In this document: positions 40,492 to 50,956 of the stretch, in pieces | How the letters are laid out: the number at the start of each line of letters is the position of its first letter | Position numbering within the stretch: position 1 is the stretch's first letter | Assembly (NCBI RefSeq): GCF_000009045.1 | Contig: NC_000964.3 | Span: 2,232,001-2,296,000, forward strand | Direction of reading: 5' to 3' | Origin: Bacillus subtilis subsp. subtilis str. 168 | GTDB taxonomy: Bacteria > Bacillota > Bacilli > Bacillales > Bacillaceae | DNA length: 64,000 bases | Notes under the pieces: generated by a model | Told to the model about the DNA's origin: nothing | Databases searched by the model: none | Seen by the model: only the letters and a program-made list of their open reading frames with translations | Translations under genes and position numbers: made by a program

Positions 40492-40527
40492 AATGCCCAG
40501 CTCTTTATTTAAGCTGGGCATTGTTTT
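40492..40527. terminator. Bidirectional terminator between yolC and yolB
   Basis: AATGCCCAGCT/AGCTGGGCATT stem flanked by A and T runs. Confidence 0.8.
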
Positions 40528-40533
40528 CATTAT

Positions 40534-40899
40534 TTAAATAGAATTTCTATAAGCATTAATTGCTTCATTTCGTAATAGCATATTATCTTTATTAACCATG
40601 CCTAAGTTATAAGCTTTTTTGATAACATCTAATACCTGCGAATCCATTGTAGAAAGGTTTCCGCCTGCAGTAAATCTCAATTTCCAGTCTTCTAAAGACT
40701 TATTCAAATCAAGCGTGCTTTTTTTATTCTCGGGTTTAACGATCGCATTTTTCTCAAGTTTTTCGCAAAACTCGTTAAAACCTATTGAAGATTGCTGAGT
40801 ATTGTTCTGTCCATACCCTTCTGTTGCTAAGCTACAAAAAGCTAAGAATTTTGGATCTTTAGTTACATCATAATTAGAAGTACTAATCACCTGGTTCAC
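40534..40899 (-). CDS. yolB: Hypothetical cytoplasmic protein, about 118-121 aa (start uncertain)
   Basis: GTGA overlap with the yolA stop. Confidence 0.75.
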
Positions 40900-41363
40900 T
40901 CTCTTTCAAAATCAATTTTTTGACTGTAAACAAAAGTGGTGCCTGAGCTCAATGCTTTAATCTGTATAGAGTTATCTTGAAGTGCGTCCATGGGAATCTC
41001 AAAATATTTATCCCAGCCTATTACCACCTTATTTTGACCAAGGATAGCATCAGATTTAAACATTTTAGCTGTACCGTTATACAACAGATTCTTACCGTCT
41101 TTGCCTGTGATAACTGTTAACTTGGTATAACCCATAAAACGAGCTTTCACATATAGTTTATTCCCCTTCAAAACGTTTGGCGCCTTGGTTTGACTAGAAG
41201 TGAGGTTATCCCAAGCAAAATCGTTTCCGTCTGATGTAATCCCTGTAATTTGTAGATAGTAGAGTGGTAATGCTTCTGCCGCTTTTGCTTTTGATGAATC
41301 AGTGAAAGCGAAAGCAACAACTGCTAGAAGAGCAAGCAGTGAATATGTAATTCTCTTCTTCAT
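40896..41363 (-). CDS. yolA: Secreted protein, 155 aa
   Basis: Sec signal [20 protein letters not shown]...AKA; SD AAGGAGG. Confidence 0.85.
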
Positions 41364-41437
41364 TTCCTAAATCCTCCTTGGTACAAGTTTACATGTTAAA
41401 TATCGTCATTTGAAGGGAATTGTTTAATATTTGAAAT

Positions 41438-41469
41438 AAAAAAAGAACCTGCATTAAGCAAGTTCTTTT
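41438..41469. terminator. Terminator-like hairpin between the yolA promoter region and bsrG
   Basis: AAAAGAACCTGC/GCAAGTTCTTTT stem with A/T runs on both sides. Confidence 0.6.
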
Positions 41470-41593
41470 CATATTGTCAATTTATTGTGAATTTTTAACG
41501 ACAAGGACATTTATGTATAGTATAATATTTCCTGTACATAAAGTTTGCTCACTCAAGGGAGTCTTGCTCATCCCCTATGAAAGGGGTGGGAAA

Positions 41594-41710
41594 ATGACTG
41601 TTTACGAATCATTAATGATAATGATCAATTTTGGCGGATTGATATTAAATACCGTCTTGTTGATCTTCAATATAATGATGATTGTAACGTCAAGCCAAAA
41701 GAAAAAATAG
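41594..41710 (+). CDS. bsrG: Type I toxin BsrG, 38 aa
   Basis: MTVYESLMIMINFGGLILNTVLLIFNIMMIVTSSQKKK; TATAAT at 41521; SD AGGGGTG held in a stem. Confidence 0.95.
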   Translation: MTVYESLMIMINFGGLILNTVLLIFNIMMIVTSSQKKK

Positions 41711-41884
41711 ACCTTCCCTTGAGTTTGGACACCTGAAGGGTTAGGCCTACGCAGATTTGACAACGAGCAAGCCCTTTGATGGGCAGCTTTTGTACAGAGC
41801 CAGGGTGCTACCAACACCCTGGTCTTTTTATTTTATGCATTTAATTAAACAAAATGCAAAAAATAATTATATAATTGTATCATT
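41702..41884 (-). ncRNA. SR4: SR4 antisense antitoxin RNA (about 180 nt, ends approximate)
   Basis: Minus-strand TTGCAA-18 nt-TATAAT (41920-41891); terminator-like hairpin and U run ending near 41702; overlaps the bsrG 3' end; known system. Confidence 0.85.
41800..41829 (+). terminator. bsrG terminator
   Basis: CCAGGGTG/CACCCTGG stem followed by TCTTTTT. Confidence 0.85.
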
Positions 41885-41988
41885 ACCCTAATTATAACCA
41901 TATAAAAATGGTATTTGCAATACTATTGCTTGGTGAATAAAACCATTATTTTATTGGAACCCAGTACTTTATCGATGCACAAGTGATA

Positions 41989-42522
41989 TTATCCATGATT
42001 CAGTTCAAATTCTTCTCTTGTCATCCCAAAGCAAATACCATCATAATAGGCACCTTTAGTGAAAATGATCTTTCTTAGTTGTCCCTCTTTCATGAAACCT
42101 AATTTTTCATGTAATCGTATGGATGGATTATTAAAAGAATAAACAGTTGTATTTACTTTTTGATAAGCAAGTTCCAAAAAGAAAAAGCGAAGAACCATCA
42201 AGATCATTTCTTTGGCAAATCCTTTGCCCCTATATGGCTCGAATACAGCCAAATAATAACCGAAGGTACCATTTTTCCTATCACAGTCAAAGGTTTCAAT
42301 CATACCTACTATATTATTATCACTTTCAACTGCAATAAAACGGAATTCATCTTTTTCTAATTGTTCTTCTACCCATTCTCTCATGTTATTAGCTGAACGA
42401 GGAAAATGTAGCGAGTCCATATTTCGCAGAATTTCATCATCTAACGAATCAAATATAACGATATCTTCAGGTTGAATTGCTCGCAGTGTAAGATTCTCCC
42501 CTGTCCAATAAGTAACTGCCAT
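41989..42522 (-). CDS. yokL: GNAT (RimL-like) acetyltransferase, 177 aa
   Basis: YRGKGFAKEM and NNPSIRLHEKLGFMKEG motifs. Confidence 0.9.
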   Translation of the reverse strand: MAVTYWTGENLTLRAIQPEDIVIFDSLDDEILRNMDSLHFPRSANNMREWVEEQLEKDEFRFIAVESDNNIVGMIETFDCDRKNGTFGYYLAVFEPYRGKGFAKEMILMVLRFFFLELAYQKVNTTVYSFNNPSIRLHEKLGFMKEGQLRKIIFTKGAYYDGICFGMTREEFELNHG

Positions 42523-42557
42523 TTTAACTTTCCCTCCAGTTATTTCCATACGATTTC

Positions 42558-43136
42558 TTAACTGCTTAGTAAGTCATCATCTAATTCAATATACAGAATT
42601 CCATCATCTTCTTTATCAGCTTCAATTGGTTCATCAACTAAACTGAAGACAAACTCCTCAAACGAATTGGCAATTAAGAAAAAGTCTTTGTCGGGATGAC
42701 TTAATTCATGATCCCAAAACAATATCTTTCCATTATCGATATCCATGCATATTTCATTCCCGCCTGCAGAGCTTGCGATAGGAATAATATTTCTAGGAAA
42801 GCGATCAGAATATGTATCGATTGCTTTCTGAAGACTGTTATGATCATTCGCTAAACCATAAAAACCTTCTAACAATTGTGTATCATCGCCCTTGCCCATC
42901 CATGGATCTTTCTCTAAAGGTTTATAGCAAACGTCATACTCAATCTCATCTGTTGTTTTTTTACTTTCTAAATAACATCCTCCATATTTCTTCAAAAAGT
43001 CCTTATAATCTGAAGGTAATTGATTGCCTATGTTCATTTCAAGCTCTTTGAGTTGTTCATTTGTATTAATGCTAGGATATCTGCCAGCATCAATCGTAAA
43101 CTCTTTCAACTTTTGTTCGATCTTAGTGAAGCTCAT
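42558..43136 (-). CDS. yokK: SMI1/KNR4 immunity-family protein, 192 aa
   Basis: QLPSDYKDFLKKYGG, IPIASSAGGNEICMD and IANSFEEF motifs. Confidence 0.9.
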   Translation of the reverse strand: MSFTKIEQKLKEFTIDAGRYPSINTNEQLKELEMNIGNQLPSDYKDFLKKYGGCYLESKKTTDEIEYDVCYKPLEKDPWMGKGDDTQLLEGFYGLANDHNSLQKAIDTYSDRFPRNIIPIASSAGGNEICMDIDNGKILFWDHELSHPDKDFFLIANSFEEFVFSLVDEPIEADKEDDGILYIELDDDLLSS

Positions 43137-43199
43137 TTTAATACCCTCCGCATTGCACATCTTTAGCAATGAACAATTGCAATACTTTTGTTTAATAGA

Positions 43200-43697
43200 T
43201 TATTCAATTTCTATGCCATCATATGCATCGCCTAGTGATACATAATCATCCCTTAACCAATACCAATGTTTACCCTTATTTTCAAGCAGTCGCTGTATTA
43301 AATCTGTAAATGAACTTGCTATCACCTGTGTTTCGCCGACTATTCCATGTCGATCAAAAAAACTGTCATAGCATTTTCCTTTTCGCTGATCGTTTAAGTC
43401 AATTGTTAGGTATTCTCCTTTTCCATCCGTGCAAACAATATACCACTCGGATGAAATGTCTTCTTCACAGAGCTCCCCAACAATAATGGGATTAGCTAAT
43501 TCAAACTCAGCTGGTCGTACTATGTATATTGGATAATCCGCATTTTCATATAAAACTGCTCCACCACATTGTTCATAAAATTCACTAATATCTTTTGGTA
43601 GTTGATGCTTCTCGTCTATTACTGGGAGACCATCAGCTTCAAACAGCCGACAGTCTGATGTAGAAGCAATCTTCTTGATTAACATGTCAATGCTCAA
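43200..43697 (-). CDS. yokJ: SMI1/KNR4 immunity protein for YokI, 165 aa
   Basis: QLPKDISEFYEQCGG and IASSFTDLI motifs; directly downstream of yokI. Confidence 0.92.
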   Translation of the reverse strand: MSIDMLIKKIASTSDCRLFEADGLPVIDEKHQLPKDISEFYEQCGGAVLYENADYPIYIVRPAEFELANPIIVGELCEEDISSEWYIVCTDGKGEYLTIDLNDQRKGKCYDSFFDRHGIVGETQVIASSFTDLIQRLLENKGKHWYWLRDDYVSLGDAYDGIEIE

Positions 43698-43705
43698 GTC
43701 CGCAC

Positions 43706-45433
<1,728 letters not shown>

Positions 45434-45520
45434 TCAAGCCTACTCTATGTAAATTTTACCACAATCATTTGCTTGAATAACAGAAAAAGACAGCCAGAAC
45501 TGACTGTCTTATACATCACA

Positions 45521-46078
45521 CTATCTTGTTCTATAATAATTTTCTGCGGTATAGTAGCGCCAATCCCAAAAAGGTTCCCCATTAGCCAATATATACCGGT
45601 CTAAAAATATTTCAAAGTTTAAATTTAATGGATTATATTCTAAACCACTTTCAAATATATAGAGATAGTTAGGATCACCTTGATTAATTTTATCTTTATC
45701 GATCATTAAATGGCATTCTTCCAATAAGTAGCCAATTGGGATACCATTGATACCTTCAAACAAATCCTCATATTTTAGTTCCTCTTCAATCTCTTCAAGG
45801 CTAAATAGCTGAAGTCCTCCACCTATATTCTCCCCATCAGAAAGAATCTCAAAAATTTTCGCACCGTTATGTAGTGTGATGAACTTCTGATAATCCTCTG
45901 GAAGGGAAAGCTGGTGTTTAGCCTCAAAGCTTTGAATGTCATTCAGGGTTGCTTTGTCCGGTGAAAATGTAACAAGGAACTCCATGATATCACCTTCTGA
46001 ACAAAACAATTGAATGGCTCCTTTTTCATCTAAAAGACTTTTCAAGCCATTTACCGTCTTATGAACAAAGTTAGTCAA
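45521..46078 (-). CDS. yokH: SMI1/KNR4 family protein, 185 aa, TTG start
   Basis: [15 protein letters not shown] motif; SD GGGGTG. Confidence 0.88.
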
Positions 46079-46167
46079 ATAAATCACCCCATATTTAAAT
46101 CAAAGGGATGTTTCGGCATCTCTTTTTGGATTTCTTTCTATTCATATTGGTAAAAGTAATAATGTTA

Positions 46168-46567
46168 ACAAATATGATTCAAAACTGGCTTTCAAAGGTT
46201 CCTAAAGAGTTAATGACTTATTTTAAAAACCTGATTAAGTCAATGAATAATTGGGAAGAAGAGATATTCAACTATTTCAATTCTCCCATTACAAACGCCT
46301 ATACGGAATCCTTGAATTGTTTGATTAAGACAAGGAGCCAATATTAGCCATGGTTATTCATTTGAAGCTCTTAGAGCAAAAATATTGTTTACACAAGGTT
46401 ATCGTAAAGTAAAAAAGAAATTCAAAGAAGTTGAAGCTACTTTCGGAAAATTGTGACCTGATCAATTCCCAAATTGGGGTCAAATAGGCTATGAATGGGT
46501 TTATGAAGAAAACTATGGTGCTGACTTTTCCATACTGACTAAAGCAATGGAGGATGGTTATTTTTAA
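46168..46567 (+). pseudogene. ISL3-family transposase C-terminal remnant (frameshift and internal stop)
   Basis: NWEEEIFNYF..ITNAYTESLN.LIK, then after a 1-nt shift HGYSFEALRAKILF; TGA further on. Confidence 0.75.
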
Positions 46568-46601
46568 CCCTCTTTTTACACTTTTTCAGATTACCCATTT
46601 T

Positions 46602-47675
46602 TTATCCTTGGTATGAATTTGTTACAAACTCTTTTGCTTTATTAGCAACAGCTTCCCAAGTGGCCGCAGCATTATCAAGATCCGTAGAAAGCTTATTGAT
46701 ATCCTCATTCTCAAACCCTTGTGCGAGTGAATAAAATTGATTTGCTATAGAATGCCAGTTTCCTTCAGTTTGTTCTATAAACTCCAGAGACCTTTCTGCC
46801 TGGTATATTACATTATGCAAGTCTATATTGATGCCGTGAAACAGACTTAAAACTTTTACAACTAATGCAACTTGTGCATCTACACCGTTTAAATTCTGAA
46901 AATTATCAATTCGTTGTTTAAACATTTGAACATCAGAATACTCTAACATTTCGGATACTATATACCCGATTAAAGGGCCTAACTCAGAGCTGAATTTTAC
47001 TTTCTCATTTATCTCATGCTCTTCAAGACTTTCACCCAACAATTTTTTAAATTGCATGAATATATTCAATAAATCATGTATCTCGCTCTCATCATTGTAT
47101 TGTGAATCTAAATAAGTCATTACTTCTTCAAAAGAATTGTTCAATTGTGTAACACCTATGAAGTTGTTACCTCCTTGAAGAAAGGAATTTAGTAGATTTT
47201 GAACATCTTTCATAGATTGTTGATTTTCATCGAGCTCTCTCATAAGTATAAGACAGACCTCATGAAAATCTTGAATAGCATCTTGTCTATCTTGATCATT
47301 GCTTGCAGTTGTAATTGCCCTTAAACCTGGTTGTAATGCTTCGTTTATCAATTCCGAAGTGGTAGACCCAACATTGTATATATCATTAGCCATTTTATTA
47401 ACACAGCTTAATAATTTCTCCAACCACCAGTCACACAACTTTTTATATTCGTTATAAACATCATATAATTTCTGAAAATCTTGAGGTATTTCAACGTTTT
47501 TCGGTAAGTTCAAATAAGTTTTCATCTCATCATTGCTCACAGGCAAACCCGTTCCAGTAAGAATATTAGCTTGAGTTTTTGCCCAATATCCAGTAGATAT
47601 TAGCCCATCTCTTCCTAATAAAAGATCCTGTGGTCCATATTGGGATGTTGCATCTAAAAGATTATCATATTTCAT
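46602..47675 (-). CDS. yokG: Cry6A/XaxA/ClyA-like alpha-helical putative pore-forming protein, 357 aa
   Basis: All-helical; TGTGLPVSNDEMKTYL...FQKLYDVY...CDWW resembles the XaxA/Cry6A N-terminus (recognised by eye, not searched). Confidence 0.6.
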   Translation of the reverse strand: MKYDNLLDATSQYGPQDLLLGRDGLISTGYWAKTQANILTGTGLPVSNDEMKTYLNLPKNVEIPQDFQKLYDVYNEYKKLCDWWLEKLLSCVNKMANDIYNVGSTTSELINEALQPGLRAITTASNDQDRQDAIQDFHEVCLILMRELDENQQSMKDVQNLLNSFLQGGNNFIGVTQLNNSFEEVMTYLDSQYNDESEIHDLLNIFMQFKKLLGESLEEHEINEKVKFSSELGPLIGYIVSEMLEYSDVQMFKQRIDNFQNLNGVDAQVALVVKVLSLFHGINIDLHNVIYQAERSLEFIEQTEGNWHSIANQFYSLAQGFENEDINKLSTDLDNAAATWEAVANKAKEFVTNSYQG

Positions 47676-47946
47676 TTCTTGACCCGCCCTTTCATATCAT
47701 CTAGAGTTTATATATTTAATATAACAAAAAACCTACCAAATTATTTTATTTTTTCAATTTTTTATTCGATAAAAAAGTAAGACGGGAATCATTTTGTAGA
47801 GCAGATCGAAAATGAAAATGCAGCTAAACTAATTACAATGACAGTCGCCAGTTTTATTTCATCACAAGACAAAATTTAAGGAATAATTTAATTCACAAAA
47901 ATTGGATACAGGATTATAATTATTGATGGTTTACCGATATAAATAG

Positions 47947-47960
47947 AGAACAAACATTCT
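47947..47960. promoter_or_regulatory. Imperfect LexA box upstream of yokF
   Basis: aGAAC-AAAC-ATTCt, one mismatch to GAAC-N4-GTTC, 16 nt before the start codon. Confidence 0.6.
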
Positions 47961-47976
47961 AAAAGGGGAAATGAAG

Positions 47977-48867
47977 TTGAAGAAAGTATTATTAGGTTTT
48001 GCAGCATTCACTTTGAGCTTATCGTTGGCAGCCTGCAGCTCAAATGATTCTGAAAAAGTAAGCACAGAAAAAGAAACACCACAAGCGTCTACGGATGTGG
48101 AAAAGAAAACAGAACAAAAGGAATCTACTAAAGAAAAAACTGCTGACAAGTCTAAGGAAAAAGACAAAAAGGAATTGGTCGATGTTACTCTAGATAGAGC
48201 TGTTGATGGTGACACAATTAAAGTTACCTACAACGGAAATGTAGACACAGTACGCTACTTGCTCATAGACACACCTGAAACAAAGAAACCAAATTCTTGT
48301 GTTCAACCATATGGTGAGGATGCGTCAAAACGAAATAAAGAATTGGTCAACAGTGGTAAGCTGCAGCTTGAATTTGACAAAGGTGATCGCAGAGATAAAT
48401 ACGGAAGACTATTAGCTTATGTTTATGTGGATGGCAAATCTGTTCAGGAAACATTGCTAAAAGAAGGATTGGCCAGAGTAGCGTATGTATATGAGCCAAA
48501 TACGAAATACATAGATCAATTTAAGAAAGACGAGCAAGAAGCAAAATCAGAGAAGCTTTCAATCTGGAGCAAGAATGGATATGTGACTGACCGAGGATTT
48601 AATGGCTGTGTGAAAGAGAAAACCACTGCAGTTAAAAAAGCAACAACATCTAAACCGGCAGCAACACAGCCTACAACTCCAAAGGCATCAAGTGAAACTT
48701 CGACTACAACTGAAAAAGAAGCTTCTTCAGAGACAACTGGAGGAACAGAAACATTTAAAAATTGCACAGAGTTAAGAAAGAAATATCCGAATGGAGTGCC
48801 TAGCTCCCACCCTGCTTACCAATCTAAAATGGACAGGGATCATGACAACTATGCTTGTGAACGATGA
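47977..48867 (+). CDS. yokF: Lipoprotein thermonuclease (SNase) with a C-terminal Excalibur Ca-binding domain, 296 aa
   Basis: Lipobox LAAC; VDGDTI, RYLLIDTPE, DKYGRLLAYVY; NCTELRK...MDRDHDNYACE. Confidence 0.93.
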   Translation: MKKVLLGFAAFTLSLSLAACSSNDSEKVSTEKETPQASTDVEKKTEQKESTKEKTADKSKEKDKKELVDVTLDRAVDGDTIKVTYNGNVDTVRYLLIDTPETKKPNSCVQPYGEDASKRNKELVNSGKLQLEFDKGDRRDKYGRLLAYVYVDGKSVQETLLKEGLARVAYVYEPNTKYIDQFKKDEQEAKSEKLSIWSKNGYVTDRGFNGCVKEKTTAVKKATTSKPAATQPTTPKASSETSTTTEKEASSETTGGTETFKNCTELRKKYPNGVPSSHPAYQSKMDRDHDNYACER

Positions 48868-48880
48868 AAGGAGATAAGTG

Positions 48881-49363
48881 ATGGGACAAAAATTTCATAA
48901 ATTAAACTCTAAGTATGGAATCATAGATTATCCAATACTTTTAAAAGATCTTGAGTCCATCATTCAAGAATTCCCTAAATCAGAAAGAAAGTTTTATGAG
49001 TATGCAATTAAAGCTTTAAAAAAGGAAGTTGGGAAAAAGGAAAAGATTTTACATATGACTTCTGCAGATCCAAAGCTTACTAAATTTGGTTTTATGGTTA
49101 TCACTGAAAAGAAACTTCTATTTGTCACTATGAAAGGCGGTTTTTTCGGGGGTGCAGATACTGAAGTTGTTGAATTTAAAAGTATCAAAGAAGTTGACTT
49201 CGATATTGCTCCAAATCCCTTGGGAATGGCCACGATGCAATTGGGTATCCTCCATTTAAAAATCAAAGGTAAGCTTGGAATGAGTAGCAAGCGTACCATT
49301 AGAAATATTGATGAACATTCTCTTGATAAAATAGTAGCTATACTAAGAGAGCAAACAAAATAA
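48881..49363 (+). CDS. yokE: Bacterial PH-domain protein, 160 aa
   Basis: GFMVITEKKLLFV...GGFFG...FKSIKEVDF pattern; SD AAAGGAG. Confidence 0.75.
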   Translation: MGQKFHKLNSKYGIIDYPILLKDLESIIQEFPKSERKFYEYAIKALKKEVGKKEKILHMTSADPKLTKFGFMVITEKKLLFVTMKGGFFGGADTEVVEFKSIKEVDFDIAPNPLGMATMQLGILHLKIKGKLGMSSKRTIRNIDEHSLDKIVAILREQTK

Positions 49364-49392
49364 AAAGCCCGTTTTTGGGCTTTTCTTTTTTT
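49362..49392 (+). terminator. Terminator of yokFE
   Basis: AAAAGCCC/GGGCTTTT stem with a long T tail. Confidence 0.8.
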
Positions 49393-49666
49393 ATATGGCT
49401 AAGTTAAAGATAAAGGTTGATTTAATATTATGGATAACGGAGTTTCTTATATTTTATGTAGTTTTAAATGGATTTCTAAGTTTACTTGGTTATTTATGTT
49501 AAACTAAATATAAAGAGATTGTAATAACTTCCACTTAAATTAACGGGTCAGTTAGTTTAAGAAGATGAATAAAAAAACAACACCTTTCATCAAGGGGTCT
49601 TGCTAATTTAATTGTTGCAAACTTACAGAGTATCTAATAAGAGGTTATAGATAGGAGATGAACTAA

Positions 49667-50485
49667 ATGAAAAAAATAGTTGAAAGTACAACTTTTCCAA
49701 GAACAAAACAGTCTATAACAGAAGATTTGAAAGCTTTAGGATTAAAGAAAGGGATGACCGTACTTGTACATTCCTCTTTATCTTCTATAGGATGGGTAAA
49801 TGGTGGAGCTGTTGCTGTGATTCAAGCATTAATAGATGTTGTTACTGAAGAAGGTACCATCGTGATGCCTTCTCAATCCGTGGAATTATCTGACCCAAAA
49901 GAATGGGGAAACCCTCCCGTACCAGAGGAGTGGTGGGATATTATTAGAGAAAGTATGCCAGCCTATAATTCTAACTATACCCCCACTACTAGAGGGATGG
50001 GGCAAATAGTAGAGTTATTCAGGTCTTATCCAGAAGTTAAAAGAAGTAATCACCCAAACTACTCCTTTGTAGCTTGGGGAAAACATAAAAACAAAATCCT
50101 TAATCAACATCCTTTAGAATTCGGACTGGGTGAACAATCACCTCTGGGGAAACTTTATATACGGGAATCATATGTATTATTATTAGGTGCTGATTTTGAT
50201 AGTAGTACCTGCTTCCATCTTGCTGAGTACAGAATTCCTTATCAAAAAATTATAAACAGGGGTGCACCTATAATAGTAGAAGGTAAAAGAGTATGGAAAG
50301 AATATAAAGAACTTGAATTTAGAGAAGAACTATTTCAAGAAGTCGGTCAAGCGTTTGAAGCAGAACATAATATGAAAGTTGGCAAAGTGGGTTCTGCTAA
50401 TTGCCGCCTTTTTTCACTTACAGAAGCAGTGGATTTTGCTGAGAAATGGTTTATTAATAATGATAGTAAAAATATAAAAAAATAG
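49667..50485 (+). CDS. yokD: AAC(3)-family aminoglycoside N-acetyltransferase, 272 aa
   Basis: LVHSSLSSIGWVNGG, RSNHPNYSF and STCFHLAEYR motifs. Confidence 0.93.
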   Translation: MKKIVESTTFPRTKQSITEDLKALGLKKGMTVLVHSSLSSIGWVNGGAVAVIQALIDVVTEEGTIVMPSQSVELSDPKEWGNPPVPEEWWDIIRESMPAYNSNYTPTTRGMGQIVELFRSYPEVKRSNHPNYSFVAWGKHKNKILNQHPLEFGLGEQSPLGKLYIRESYVLLLGADFDSSTCFHLAEYRIPYQKIINRGAPIIVEGKRVWKEYKELEFREELFQEVGQAFEAEHNMKVGKVGSANCRLFSLTEAVDFAEKWFINNDSKNIKK

Positions 50486-50554
50486 CTTGGTCTACCAAAT
50501 GAGTTTAGTAACACTTTTTAAAACTATCGGGTTCTTTAGGTTTAAAATTGACAG

Positions 50555-50623
50555 TTAAATCATTGAGCTTGGAAGGAAATTTTTCAAGCTTATTTTTAGT
50601 GTCCACCTGTTTAGCCTTTTCAC
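50555..50623 (-). CDS. Candidate small ORF, 22 aa (MKRLNRWTLKISLKNFLPSSMI), GTG start
   Basis: Translated by hand; SD GGGAGG upstream, held in a stem; function unknown. Confidence 0.35.
   Translation of the reverse strand: MKRLNRWTLKISLKNFLPSSMI
50566..50597 (+). terminator. Probable yokD terminator
   Basis: AGCTTG/CAAGCT stem followed by TATTTTT. Confidence 0.5.
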
Positions 50624-50800
50624 TGAGAAGGCCTCCCACTCTTTTGATCCTCGCTTAACAATGGGAGGGCTTAACTCGTTATAAAAATAAGCGCTCTCCC
50701 CTTCGGAAATACGCCTGGCTATTTATTACCTTATTATCATATTAGCCGATGTAAAGCAAAACAGAGTGTCACGTTGACTCAAAAATTTTGTCAAATCATT

Positions 50801-50956
50801 TCATCCATAATAATCATCTGAATTGTAATTAAAGTACTCAAAAGTATCTTCAATGACTTTCTTGCAGATATCACATACATCCCAATGTCCCATATCATTT
50901 TGTTCGGTATAAACTTTGGACACTTCACAAGTGCAATAGTCTACTTCTTTAAACAT
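50801..50956 (-). CDS. Small acidic Cys-containing protein, 51 aa (MFKEVDYCTCEVSKVYTEQNDMGHWDVCDICKKVIEDTFEYFNYNSDDYYG)
   Basis: Translated by hand; SD AAGGGGG; extended -10 TG-g-TATGAT at 50991-50983; CxC...CxxC. Confidence 0.7.
   Translation of the reverse strand: MFKEVDYCTCEVSKVYTEQNDMGHWDVCDICKKVIEDTFEYFNYNSDDYYG

Noticed and set aside
47770-47880. Short open stretch DGNHFVEQIENENAAKLITMTVASFISSQDKI between yokG and yokF
   Set aside because: No start codon or SD and an in-frame stop just before it. It may be a gene remnant but cannot be assigned.
49395-49502. 35-aa hydrophobic ORF (MAKLKIKVDLILWITEFLIFYVVLNGFLSLLGYLC) resembling a type I toxin
   Set aside because: No SD, since the ATG directly follows the T tail of the yokE terminator, and T-rich DNA gives hydrophobic ORFs by chance.
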